64,000 nt of DNA from Paraspadella gotoi (taxonomy: Eukaryota > Animalia > Chaetognatha). The DNA lies in NCBI GenBank assembly GCA_051294375.1, contig CM119264.1, forward strand, positions 18,833,820-18,897,819, in the 5' to 3' direction. The notes below the pieces were generated by a model. It was not told the DNA's origin, made no database searches, and worked only from the letters and a program-made list of their open reading frames with translations. Each line of letters begins with the position of its first letter. Position 1 is the stretch's first letter. Shown here piece by piece: positions 37,140 through 51,652 of the stretch. Made by a program: the position numbers and the translations under genes.

Positions 37140-37565
37140 TTTTTCGGTCCATCCGTCAGTCCGTCTGTCTGTCCCCTCTTAGCTTTGACCTCTAATTATT
37201 AAAGAATGAATGGGGCGATTTGCTTTCAATTTTGTCTGTGGGTAAAAAAGTGTGTGATTGAGCTGGAAATCAAGTTTCGATGGAATAGCCCAAGAGGAAA
37301 TGAGTTTAAATGGAAAAAATAAATAACTGTTTCACTATTCAAATATTCTTAAGTTCTTTTTAATTAATTTAATTAATTATTTAATTAATCAACCAATTTA
37401 TGGAATTGCCCGAGTGGAAATTAGTTTTAATGAAAATAACAAAAAACTGTTTCACTATTTGATCATGATTTTTTTTTCTTTTAATTAATTAATTGCTTAT
37501 TTATTAATTAATTATTATTATATAGCTAATTAATTTATTAATTATCTCTACCAGAGTAACTAGTA
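37140..37565 (+). repeat. Dispersed Helitron-like repeat family member
   Basis: GTCC/GTCT microsatellite head, blocks shared with 16690-17180 (inverted), an internal ~110-bp duplication, and an end in CTAGT. Confidence 0.55.
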
Positions 37566-38668
37566 TGCGTCGACAAAGTGACAGGTACGACGATAGAAGG
37601 TCGAAATGGTTCAGCATAAAAACGAATCGACAACAACAACAACTGGGACGAGCTCTGAAGACTTCAGCACTGGAAGAAACTCGCGGGGAATTTCTTCGCG
37701 ACCTCTTTTATTGAGGGATCAATTAAAACTGGGATCTCCGTCGGTCCCGTCCCCGCCGCGGGGGTCCTTAATTACATCCTTCCAGACGAAACGGCGATAA
37801 TCAAGTATTATATATATTTTTTTTTGAAAATGTATTCTCATGGGCATGCTTAATGAGGCAATCCGAAAGATAGAAAGATAGATTTTACTGTCATCGAAAG
37901 TCGTTAAGTCCAAAAAGGCTATTTTTGGATATTAAAAATTGCCTTTATCTTTTGGGTTATACTTTTAAATAAAATAGAGCGATGATTCTGACGTCACATA
38001 ATTATAAAAATACAACTTCCTTTTCATAAACATTTAAAACTACAACATTGCATGTCGAAAAGATATTTCAATTAATATTATGTCGCATTTTTGCATGTTT
38101 AATCAATAAATATACTTACACTCAAATCGAAATTGAGTTTGAATTTAAATTTCTTTAAAGTAATTTACTTGTATTGTTCATATGTTTACTCTTGAACAAT
38201 AACAGGGGGCAGCATAGGAATTCAGTTTTGCGTGATAGAGAAAACTAAACAAAAGAACAATCTACTTAGAATTCCTCACTTCCTTTCAGACTGAAATTCA
38301 CTGTAAATAAAAGCATTGAAATTTGAGCGTAATTTTTGATAATGCGTCAACTCAATATGTTTTTATGTCGCAAAACTGCCTAAGGTACATAGTTTTAAAA
38401 ATAGTTTGCGTCAGTTGAAAAAAAAAGGTTGGATTGTTTTCAATAATACTGTACGCATAAACATACATTTGATATCCTTAAATTAGTCTTCGTGGCTAAG
38501 ACAAAGTAATAACAAAAATGCATTCAAAATCCTAAACTGTTTTGCGTCGTTAATTGGAACCCCACCAGCCTCTCGTAAAGCGTGGTTTTCGGATAATCGC
38601 AATTACCTTAGAAGGCTAAAGAACCTAATAAGCAGATTAAAGATCCTTGGGCTGAAAGATTTCCCAAG

Positions 38669-38714
<46 letters not shown>

Positions 38715-40380
38715 GTTTAACTCACTCATGGGAAGAACATACTTTAAACTACCGCTTTTTAATACTTCAAGGCAGGAATAGTTTTGATTTGGATGCAAAC
38801 TAAGAGCATGTCTCGATATTGATTGATTGCTTTTGACACTTCAGAGTTCGGGTCATTGCTGAGAGCTCCTCCCAAAATGCAGGGGTCTTTTTTTCTCTCA
38901 CTATTCTTAATCCTTCCTACAGCATAATGTATTTTTATGCTTGAAATTTTTTCATTATAATTTCTTTATTATGATGTCTTTTTTATTACCTGTTATGTTT
39001 TTCAAGAAGAGTCAAATAAAAAGAATTCAAAATTAAAATGATATCAAATTTGTATTTAATGGAATTCAATAGAATGACGTGTATTTTTATTTTCGCCAAA
39101 TCGTGTTGAGACGTGGACGACCCCTGCAGGAACCGTCGTCCATTATCGATCTCTGCCATTGGCTCGCCATTGTCTCCGCGCATCAGAACTATGGGGCATC
39201 ACCTCAGGAAAAGGGACGGAAGAGGAGGAGAGAAAAGTGAGGGGAGGGGGGAGGCTCGGGAAGGTTACTCCGTTCACCGAATGCCCCCTCGCTGTCATTT
39301 TCCCCACAATAGGGGGATGTGACATTTGGTCACAACTGGTCACAGGACTGAATTCATGCAAATTTTTCTTCCTGTGGGCGTTTTGTCCAAACGGAATTCT
39401 TCGTTCTCGTAATAGCCTCGACGTCGACGTTACAGATCGTTCCCGAATCGAGTTCAAATCAGTGAATCCAGGAGCGATCGCGTGATTTCGCTGAGAAGGA
39501 AGTGAGGGGAGGGGGGGAGCAGAAGGGGGGGAGTGGGGGTTGAGAGAGGAACGGTGAGAGGGGGGAGGGAAGTAATCTGACCTCGAGGATGGGAGGACGA
39601 CTACGAATGATGAAGAGGAGGTTGACGACGACGACGACGACGACGAATGGGACGATGCATATTTACGTCGAACGCGCGCCCGTTTTTGCGCGATACAATA
39701 TTCTGAGAACGGATTCAGTTAATTTTTGCAGTAACTCAAGAAAGAGACGGTAGCAGAAAAAAAAATGGTCTCCCTCTGTTCTCTTCCATTGAGGTTAAGA
39801 CCAAGATTCGTGGACGCGGAATTCGGAAATCCGGATTTCGGATTAGAGAGTGGAGACCCTCTTGATGACGCTTTGAGAAAATACTGAGTATTGAAAATAT
39901 TAATAACTATAATTTTTTTTATAGGATAATAAGTCAATGAAATGAATTTATTGTTTGAAACTCGTAAGAGACTAAACATTTTGTAAGTAATGTCACTCCG
40001 GACAGCAGTGGCCACTGGCCACATTTTCATGCTTTTGTTGTTCACTTTTCTTCAATTATTACGAAAGTGAGGATAACAAGCGCGTTTTTACCTAAATATT
40101 AAAAAAATTTAAGTCATATTGTTGTACTTATATCTAAAATTAAATGCGCTTGTTTCGAAACTCTCCGAATGCTTTTTAAAAGTTGTTTCTAATTAGCATA
40201 ATTGAAAAAAAGCGCATAAAGTTTCACGACGGAAAACAGGAAAACGATTAAAAGAATTTTACATGTCTGGGATTAAGAGCTTAGATTAGGAAGTTGTTAA
40301 GAGACAAGGTAAAATCAGACCACCCACCCTAACGGAGAAAATGACACACACAACACACATGAAAAGACACATCACAAAAG

Positions 40381-40427
<47 letters not shown>

Positions 40428-41266
40428 AAAAAAATTTCATTTACTTGAGTCAACAAAAACGCAGCTTAGTCTGCATTAAGTTCCCAACTAACTTCTATTT
40501 TCTTTTTTCCTTCGTCTTCAAAGTCTCGAAAAAAAAAAAAATTGAGGGGGGACGAAAATGAATAATTACCAATCGAGTTGAACGAGAAATACCTTTAGTG
40601 TTTCAGATCATTTTTCACATCGAAAACGAAACTAGTGTGTGCTGATCTTTCTCCTTTCAGCTTATTAATTCTTCAAGTTGGAAACTGGTTTTCGACGGTC
40701 ATTAATCTAACGTTAAAAGGGGGCCTGAAAAGAATAAGTCACGATTCGGAAACCCAGCGAAAAAAAAAAGGCGGGTGATTTATGGAGGTAAACAGATGAC
40801 TGGCAAACATTAAATTTATCGCCGAGAGTTACACAACCGAACGTTCGGCCCCCTGCGTTCGCCTCGTTTTTTTTTTACGGGAAACTAGTTCGTCTTTCAT
40901 CCGTTCGCTCTCTCGATTTGGCGCCCGCGTGAGAAAAGCGTGGCCCCGTAATAATAATACCTCGTCTTTCTTTTTTTTTTTTTTTACGACTTTTAGCGAT
41001 TTTTAATAAAACGACGAATTTGTTTTATGATAATCTCCCGTCAATTTCGCTCCTCCTTTTTCTCGATCGCAGGTTCCTCATCCGTCGATCGAACTCTTCC
41101 TTCTCCCATTGGTTTCTCGGGCGATCGACCCTCATCTTAAATTTTCTCTTCTGCCTACCGTGCGTTTTGCATCGACCGTTCTTCCCCCCAATTTTCCGCT
41201 CCTTCTCCTCCCCTTGACTCCTCCCTCTACATCGATGAATGTCAGTTGAGGATCGAAATGAGAGGG

Positions 41267-41303
<37 letters not shown>

Positions 41304-42217
41304 CTACACGTATGTAAGACTAGACATGATATCGAAACTGATAACCGGAGGGTTGACGTGATGTCGACCAGACCCGACTTTACAATCTGTTACTGTCTCT
41401 CAGGTAATGAAGGGGAAGCAAACATTGTCGGAGTCATCCATGGATAAAGTTTTCAAAGTTTAGTTAGAACCACAAGCAGTTTTTTTTGGATATGCTAAAA
41501 ACTACGTAAAGAAGGCAAGATTTGGAGTCTGTTCGTTTTGAGCTCACCACACAGAAAAAGGATGGAGGATGGTTTGTGTTGATTTTTTGACAACTGGAGC
41601 TGACAAAAAAAGGAGCTGTAAAACTAACAAAATACCGGATGAAGATTTAACAACGCTCGCTTTTTTTCAGATAGAAATAGGATTTATTTTTTAAAGTTTT
41701 CTTGTATTAATTGTATTGATTTTTTTTATGTTACGAATAAGATTGAAAGTTTTTTTTTTAAATTGAGCCTAGAATTATGAAATTATACATAAAGAACAAT
41801 GGTCGATTAATTTAGTTACATTACTTCTCTCCCAACATATTTCTTTTTCATCTCTCTCTCTCTTCCCTTTCCCCTTCAACTCCTCACCTCCTTATTTTTC
41901 CTCTTCTCTGTTCTCCCAAAGTTTTTTTTTGTCAGGCCTGGATTTGGTTCTTGTGTAAGAAGTACTTATCAAAACATGTTGTTTGAATTCAATTTTCGTG
42001 TATGCGTCAAACTTTCGAAGGAACCCAGGCGAAGGGACAGATAGCAGATTCGTAACATATTTTCTGCTTGTATCCTGTTACGAGGCGCCGAATTCTATGA
42101 CCCCGACGGTCGGTCGCGACCTCGGAGAGCAGAGACAACCCCAACGTGTTCTTTGGCTCTTGAGTTAACAAAAACAAATTTTTATCGCTTCGAAAATAAG
42201 GAAGGGAAATTTTCAAC

Positions 42218-42341
<124 letters not shown>

Positions 42342-42946
42342 TTCCCTCTCTCTTTTTCGTTATCACGTTCTTGGCGGCCGTACAAAAAATTAGTTGTTAT
42401 TCGAACGTTAAAAAAGTTTTTCAAATTTTTACGCTTATGTGATTTGACAAGGTTTTTTTTTCGTCTCGTGGCGCGCTTAAAGTTTCTTCTAAAGCCACTG
42501 TGAAAAACGCGGAAAAAATTTTGTCAAATTCTTCGTGGTTGATTGCGAACGAGAGAACAAATTGAAGAGAATTTGATGAAAAAGTGTTTGAGAGCAAAAT
42601 TAAGTCTTAAGCTTAAGACAAGCTGCTTAGAGACCCCATTATCGAGCCTATTTTTCAAAAGAATGTAAAGTTTGCATATTTACATAAATTTTGGGTATGT
42701 ATAATGTTAAGGTTAGCTTAGCACTAAGCAAACCAGCATAGAAATTTCTACTAAATCTCAACGAAACAAAAACGAACCCTCTCGAAAATGTTATCATATT
42801 TGGAGAGAAGGAACAATTATCGAAAAGATGGGATTTCTTCCCTGGACAGTAAGAAATGGAATCTGGGTTTCCGCTTGAAGATGACGAATCTTCGGATGAC
42901 ATCCTTCATTCGTTTTAGCAAACCCGGAAATAGAGGGAAGAAGCCA

Positions 42947-43043
<97 letters not shown>

Positions 43044-44741
43044 GGAGAGAGAGAGAGAAAGGGGAGAGGGAGAGAGACGCCCGCAACTATAGCAGCGGAG
43101 AAAACTTGAATTGGGATGGATTTCTTTCTCCTGACGACCCGATTGGCAAGAAATGGAAAGAATAGAAAGACGCCAGTGGTTATATAATATATATAATATT
43201 TTTAAGTACCGTGATTGTCTAATTCATTTTGTTTTTTAATTCGCAGTTAGTTTATTATAATTTTCATATAATTAATTTGTTTTACGCGGTAATAAAACAT
43301 AGACAAGAACACAGATATCACTATACTTTTTAGATGGTAGAATTTTTAATGTTTTAAGATAGTTTTGTAGATCTTAATTTCATAAGATTGACTCCTTATC
43401 TTCTAATAGAAATAAGTTTTCCCCTCATAGTCGTTTATGTTTTATCTTCAGTAAAATCAATTATTAAAAAAATCATTAAAAAATTCTTATTCAATATTCA
43501 TATATTTTAAATTTTAAAGAAATATTTATCATATTTAGCACATTAACTGGGAATTCATATGATGTCAAATGATTTTTCACTCCAATCAAAAACCTGCTCA
43601 AGAGAAAATTTTTTTAAATAATATTAATATGGGGCAAGTCAGATGAGAGAGCCTATGTAATTAAAAAATATATAATTTTTTTGAAAAATGAAACATGACA
43701 TGAGTAAAATTAAAACTATCTTCTTTTATTGCACATCATACTGAATGTTAACAACCACCTGTGTTTATTGTAAATGTTATCGATTCAGCCAAATCTGCTC
43801 TAAATTTCTCGTTATTTTTCTACACTACCGAGCAAAGACGAATTGTTTTTGCACAGCCGTTGGGATCTTAAGCTAATCTCGCTCGGACTCCTTCCTGATG
43901 AGATTTCCTATCAGTGTTTGAGGTAAATACAGTTGGCCACTGGCCAGTGTCTGGACAGAAAGACGAGATGTTGCTTTATCAATGAACATGGGCTTTCGAA
44001 TGAATACTGAACAAAAAATATTTGAACTTTAGAACGAAATCTCAATGAAACTCAATGAAAGCATAAATTGATTTATACTTTATAAATGATAAATGTGATA
44101 AATCTTTATCACATCGAATATCCTATTTTTAATTATATCTTCAACGTACCCACAGGGGTGGTTCCTGGAGTAGCTATTGGACCCACCGTCTCAAAAAAAG
44201 ATAAAGAAAATAAAAAGATTTTCGTTCACGTGACTCCTCGTGCGAGAGATTCCTGCGAGTTCCTATGAGGACAACCGAGGAAGAAACAAAAGGTTTTTTC
44301 TTGGATTTTAGATGGCTGGCCCCAGAACCTCAGTTTTGTGGTGGCGGAGACCCTTGGCTTAGTAGCCAGTTTAGTGGCTCCTGGGGTTAGTGACCGACGG
44401 GGTGATTTCACGGGTGTCTCGTAAGCCGTGAACTGGCGAACATTCACAAACATTCACGGCCTCGAAAAACGAGGGATGATGGGATTTTTTCGGGGTTCTT
44501 ACTAATCGCCTTATCTGAAGACCTCTCTCTCGTTCTCTCTTTTTCGTCCTCGCAAAGTGTCTGCAGTTTGCGTTTTCAATCTTTCCCTCCTCTTTTAGCT
44601 TCATCAACCTTCTGTATGAAATCGATTTGTGAAGTTGGTTCGGCAAAGTCGCTTGTCTGTTGAATGTGGATGTCCGTGTTGCGTTTAAGCATGTGAAAAT
44701 GTTTTATTGCGATAACGCGGAGCATCTTTCCATTTTTTATG

Positions 44742-44862
<121 letters not shown>

Positions 44863-45457
44863 CCCACTTCGCAAAACGAGACCCGAGGGGCCGAGATATA
44901 GAGTGAGAGGGACTTTCCCCTCTGCTCCCTTCGAACAATAGAACCAACTGTTTTCATAGCCTCATCTCAATCTCGCTCGTGAATGGAAAAATTTCCTTCT
45001 ATATTTCTTTCCACTTATTCGTCCTTCTTTCCCTCTCCATCCTTCTCTCGCCTTTTTTTTTTCTTCTATGTCTTTTCTCTCTTCAGTCTCTTTTGTTTCT
45101 TTCATTCTTAAAAGTTTCTATCCTTCCATTTCCCTCTTATAAACGATTTCCTTTGTGAGAGAAAAAACTTATCTTCGTCCTACATATTTATTTCTTTTGC
45201 GTCCCAATTTATTTTCTTCTTAGATTTCTGTTGGTTTTTCTTTCTTCCGTTTAAATTGTCTTCCACTTTTCTCATTTTATTTCTTTTATTTCTCTTTCAC
45301 CGCTCTCCAAATTTTCCTTCTTCGTTTACTTTCTCTCTCCTTTCCTTTCCCTCTATACCAAGTTATTTTTTCCCCTCTTTCATTCTTCCTTTCCAATTAT
45401 AATTTCTTTCTCAGACTCTTTTTGCCTCTTAGTTCCTGACAGCATTCCTCAATTCGT

Positions 45458-45508
<51 letters not shown>

Positions 45509-48500
45509 CTTTGTGCACACGGATTTTGTTCCATTGAGTTCGAACGAAAAAGTCCCATTATTCCGCGATCAGGCGTCGTAGGCCTTCGCCGAGGTCTCCT
45601 CCCCTTTTTTTTTCTTTTTCTTTTTTCTTTCTTTTATCCGTCTCTCTCTCCCTCGCTCTTTCTCTCTTTCTCTCTTTCTCCTTCTCTCTCTCGCTCTCTC
45701 GCACTCGTCGTCTCTCTGCCCGTAAACCGTTGGACCCGTCGTTACTTTTATCGTCGTCGTTCCTATCTTTTGCTCCTCCCCAATCCGAGGAGAATGAGGA
45801 CGAGAGGGAGGAGGAGGAGATAGAGATGAGGAGGATTGAGAGGATGAGGAGGAGGATGAGGAGGAAACGTTTGCAGTCGTTGTCGGTTGTTTACGATTTC
45901 AGTTCTTCTGCCTTCGCTGCTCGTAAATTTCGAATGTGTCTTCATGATTATTTACAAGGGAGCGAAACGGCGTTAAAAATAAAATTATCGTCGACGGCGT
46001 GACGAAGACGACTCAATTCCCGCGGATCGTAAAAATAAAAAATAAACTTTTTTTTTTCCTTTCTCCCGGAATCGGAGTTTAGAACTCGTCTTCTAATCGC
46101 GGAAAACTACGGAGAGAGAGACACATACCGAAAGAAAATCGATTTTTGTGTCAAAAACGGATTTTGTCTCTCACTCGGTGCTCGTCACTCTCCGACTGTC
46201 TCCCTCTCTCTCTTTCTGACTCAGCGATAAATGAGGCTGTCGACTGCTAACTTTTTTGTGAAACAATGAAAAAATGTCTTTTGTGAAAATGTGAAAAAAT
46301 TAACGTTTTATCTTTGGAGCGGCGTCCGCGACTTCGTAACCCCTTCGAATAAATAAAATGAATTCGCCGTTTAAATCTCGTCGGAAGACTCTTTGAAATA
46401 ATTCACTGAAATGTGTCGACTTTCGATGAGTTGAGAAATAAACCGATAAAGATTTGGATTCGCCCACGAAATTCGCGGCGAAAAAAGAGGGAAAACAAAA
46501 GACATAAGGTTAGTTTTACGAAAAAAATAATCTTCAGTGTTTCCTCTCTAAACAAATCGCTTTGCTTGTTTTAATATCGGCGTCACATGTTGGGGGAGTT
46601 GTTAACTTAAAGCGAAGGGGAGGGAATACAGCGGATGACAGCTTAGATGTGATAAATCGGGCTTCTACTCCGGCCTCATCCGAAGTAGAAAACCTGTTTT
46701 CTTTGTCTCTCTGTTGTCCCCTTTGATGAATACTAGTATAACTTTTTCTTTTAACTATTTTTCACTTGCTAATTTCTTATTTTCTGTAAATTCTTTTCAT
46801 TTACTTTTATTCCTTATGACCCTCCGCGTAAATTGAATATAATGCCCAAATAGTTTACCTTAATCAACAATTCTTCCGTTTTCTCATACTCGTTAATATT
46901 TCTTTTTTCATTTTTCGCTTTTTTTCTTTTTCTCCTTTATTTTTTTTTCCATATTTTCTTTTTCTCCCTCTTTTCCATCACACCATAAAGCCCTGCTTTA
47001 ATAGTTGACGTTCTTAATTCAAAAAGCCTGCTTACTTTCTTTCCTCTTCCTCATCTCTTCCCCCCCATCCTCCATCGTCCCATATTGGCTCATTGCAGTC
47101 CCTTTCTTCGCCAGCTTAATTCTCATTGTTTCACCACGAAGCTAAGCAAACACAACGCTCGGTTCTTCGCATAACTTTAGCTATTCTTTCCGTCTTTAGA
47201 AAGAAAAACGGCTTGCATGTAAATTTTCATTGTTGAAAAGACCGCTTGCGTTTGCTTCCCGATTTTCAACGAAATTCGCTTGTTCTTTTTTTTTTCCCCC
47301 CCCTTCTGCCTATAGGACGTTTGACGCATTCATTCCATTTCCCGTTTCAAATCCTTCATCAAATTGGCTCTTCCTTCCATGACGCAACTGACGGGATCTT
47401 TTTCCGCGCGTTTTTAGATTTTGACTTTTACGACCGCGCGAAATGAACGGTGGTCTCTAAAATAAAATCATACCTAAAAAAAAAACAAAAACAAAAAAAC
47501 TAAAACAATAACACTCGAACAAACCCATTAGTTGAGCGCATTTTTAGTCAAGATTCGTTCTACTTTTTTAGTTTTTACCGACCACCCGATACCGCGTTTC
47601 CTCCCCCGTTCGAATATCTTTTCCGCCTTCCCGAACCCAATTCCGTCTTAGCTCTCTCCCCATGACGTCCGAACGTCCAGAATCTGACTCTGGCCCGCTG
47701 TTTTTCTAAACCCTGTTTTATCTTGCAGCCCTCCTTGTTTTCTTATACTCTGTTGTCTCGCCACTCCACTACTCCGACGCCTCCCGCCAAACTTCTCTCG
47801 GTTGGCCTCCGCCCTCCCCCCGACTCTCTTTCCTCGGCTCGGTTTTTTTTCCGATTTTTCTATTCCCCACCCTTCTCTCGTCCTTGTCTCTTACTTGGCT
47901 TTCCCACCACCCGTGTCCCCTTCGTAGGTTTTCACGCCTCTCATCCACAATATTCGATGAATATTATTCATATTTCCCTATCTCTTCTCTTCTCTTTCTT
48001 TTTCTCTTCTTATTAAATAATCTTTTTTTTCTCAGCCCCACACACCCAACACCCAAATCCCCCCTCCCCCCCCCAAGCGCGCCCCCCACGTTGACTTTTC
48101 CTCCCTTACCACGAAATCTCTCATCACCGAAAAATCAAACATTTTTTTTCTCTCTTCTTTCAGATTTTGGTGGACCGAGGACTCGAACCCCATCCTTCCC
48201 CTCTTCACACCCTCCACTACCACTCCCATTTAAATGCCTCGCGAAGCGGGACTTGGTTAGAAAAACATTTCCCTCGCTCTCTCGCTCTTTTTCTCTCTCC
48301 AGCTTTTTCGAACCACGAAAAACTCGAAAATACTGTTTGTGTAAAAACTCTCGCTCTCACTTTGTGTATGAGACACATGGAGAAGATGGCTGGATGTGGT
48401 ACTGGGCGCTTGTCGAAAGACTCGAGCCTCATCTCGCTCTCCCTCGCTCCGGGCCCGTTCCCCCCGGCCCTCGAGGACCCCGCCCCTTCCTGTCCCGAGA

Positions 48501-48709
48501 TTGAAAAACTACGACGTCAGCGACGGCGACGACGCCCTTCGACCCCCGCCCACCGTGACTCTTCACTTCGTCGACTTCGACCGAAATCTGCGGCGAGTGA
48601 ATCGACGACGGCGTCGAAATCGGCGTCGACGACCTCATTCTTATCGACGTCCCTCGACCGTGCCGGAACTCACTCTTTTCGCTCCCCTTCACTCCTCTTC
48701 CCCCTGTTC

Positions 48710-51597
48710 ATGCTGTTTCTCGTCCTTCTCCCTTCGCCCACCGTCGCCTGGCGTCAACGTCACCCCGAGCGGCGGCAGTGCGAGCACATCACGATCCCGA
48801 TGTGTCGCGGCATCGGGTACAACCTCACCTACATGCCGAATCAATTCAACCACGAGACTCAAGAGGAGGCCGGGCTGGAGGTGCACCAATTCTGGCCGCT
48901 GGTGGAGATTCAATGCTCCCCCCATCTCCGCTTCTTCCTCTGCTCAATGTACGCACCCATCTGTATCCCCAACTACGTCAAACCCTTGCCGGCTTGCAGG
49001 TAAAAACGTCAAAGAATAGAAATTGACTTGGCTTTGTTATGTAAGTAAGGTGTTAGTATTACTGATTAGCGGTAATGGTCAGTTTCAAAATTTTGTTTAA
49101 CATTAATGTTATCCATAGAGATACGGTTAACAATTAATATGTACGTATACCAGCAGCAACCATTTTGTATTAATAATAAAAACTACAAAAAAGCTAAATA
49201 TATTATACCTTAAAGCGTATTATAATTAAATATGCCGCCCAGTCTTCTATCAGAGTAGATATCTTCTTGGTCGTCGTGGGTGTTCCGAAAAATGTTGCAG
49301 GCGGGGAATCTCAAGACGCTTCCGCGCGAATGCGAAAAATTCCCCCCGTTTCCGATTTCGCTACATTTTTTTTCTCGCAAAACTTATTCTTGGAAAAATA
49401 AAAGTAGATGTATATATTTTTTTTTGGAGAATCCCACTCGATGCTAAAGGGTCAAATCACGAAATATTCTTCAACGCAAAAAAGAAATATTTTTTATATT
49501 TTTCTTCCGATTCATTATTTTAGCAATATTTTTGCGGGGTTTATCCAGAGTGGTTCGGATTATCCGTCCACCTTTCATCACATATTTTGGCAATAAAAAA
49601 TTAGAACTTGCTGCCCGATTCCTCTTCCGCCTCCGCACGTGTGTAGCCGATTCGGCTGGGGGAAAGTATCTGATCAAGGAAAAAACCAGACAAGTAATAC
49701 TTTGTGTTTTTTTCTAAGGGAAAGTGGCAAAAATAGCGCGAAATCGGGAACATCTTTCCTGGGTTTTTTTTTTGGCGAAAAAAGTCTATTTTTCACCCAC
49801 AGAAAATAAAAAAAAAATTTCTGGTTGATTCCCAAAATAACGAGTTCTTCGTGAATAAACAAAGAAAGTTTTTATTTGGGAAAAAAAAGGAAAAACCGGA
49901 GAAGAGAGAGGGAGGAGAACATCTCGCATATTTCGTGAAAGAGAGAGATTTCTTGCTGCAAAAATATTCTGACCCCTTCGCACTCCAGGGGCCCCCGAGG
50001 GAAGATGTTCTCGAGGTTTCCACTCTTTTCTTACTAATTGAACCAATCATTATCCAAACTTGTCCTGGGGGAAACTTCCAGCCCGGAGGGGGTGGTTGGG
50101 GATAAAAAAGGGGGTCAGGCAGTGGAAGACGGGAAGGGGGTATAGAGAGAGAGGGTCGATAACTCGACGCAATAATGCGAGGGGGTTTGAAAACGGGGTT
50201 CGAGTGGGAGGAAAAGGAGGGGCAGAGTACATAAGATGAAAAAAAATGTTGGAAGAGATCGAAGGGGAGGAGGAACGAATCGGATACACAGGAAGTGAGA
50301 GTGAATAAAGATGGAGAATTAAAAAAGAATTCGAGGAATAGAAAAAAAGATGGATGGAGAGAGTTACAGAGATAATATGGGGACTTGCTTAGAAGGGTAA
50401 GGACTGAAGAGAGTTGAATGAAAAATCCAAAAAAGGAAAGTTAAGTGTGAAATATGATATATCGTGTTGTACAGCTTTTATTTTGTAAGAAGTTGTTAGT
50501 AAGAATAAGGAAATCGGGAAGCTAAAGGAATTATAGTGAGAAAAAACTTTGAAGCGAAGATTGAGTTGCTCATCGGCGGACCCGAAGCCTTCGACTTGGG
50601 ATCGATCGTGTTCGTCGATCTCTAATCCTCTATACACCCCATTTTACATAATCAAAACATTGAAAAATCCCTCTCGGGGATTTTCTTTTTTCTTTTTTTT
50701 TTTTGCCTAGGGAATTCCCCTCAGACTTCATAATTTCTCTTTTATTTGTGTACATTTGTTGCTCCCTTCTTCGTGAGAGAAGAGGGAAAGAGCGATCGAG
50801 AGAGAGAGAGACTGAGAACGACCATCGCGTTACTTAGATGAAATTAATTGGTTTTAATGAACGTCGGTGTTGAAGTTAAAGTCGAGAAATGCTACTCGTT
50901 ATTGAAATAAATTAGTTCCGCGATAGAGAGCGAGAGAACGAGAGAGAGCAAGAAAAAGTGAGTGTAAAAACTTTTTTTTTTTGCTCGTAGCTGTGGAGTG
51001 AGGGAGGGGATAGAAGAGGCGGAAAGGCAGTGCTGAGAGAAGGGGGGGGGAAATCTGAGGGGGAAGTCATGGTGGTCGAAAGGAGATATGGTAGTGGATG
51101 ATGGGTGAGTTGGGAAGCGAAGCTCGACGAACTTGGTGGTTTTCAGGGTTTGGGAATTGTATTTGCAATCTGGAGAGTCGTTCAAGCGAGGAAAGAGGGG
51201 GGGGAGAAAAAGAAGAAAACTCTCGGGGTCATCCAGCGAGGAACTGATCACTGATCATTGTTCACGGGATCAAGTTTTATGGGGGGAACCGTGGGTCTCT
51301 TTTCGCGAGGGAGTTTCGAACGAGGACGAAAAATCGAGTGGTCTTCAAATCCAAGGATCGGTTTTCGGTCGAAAGCGGGGAAAGGGGTGAAGAGATATCG
51401 ATGGGCGATGGACGGTGAAGAAAAGGCTTCCTTGGTGATTCGGTGATTCGGTGAGGCTGGCTGGTGGTTATCCCGATTGGTAGCGATTTGGTACAAGAGT
51501 AGTGGGGAAAGAAAAAAGAACGAGAGAGATAATCCCACCATCGGTACTCGGAAAAATCTTTCAGGGTTAAGAGGCATCTGCGTGTCTTTTTTCGAGT

Positions 51598-51652
<55 letters not shown>

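Noticed and set aside
43895-43915. CTGATGA hammerhead-like core
   Set aside because: No helix II followed by GAAA or a cleavage triplet.
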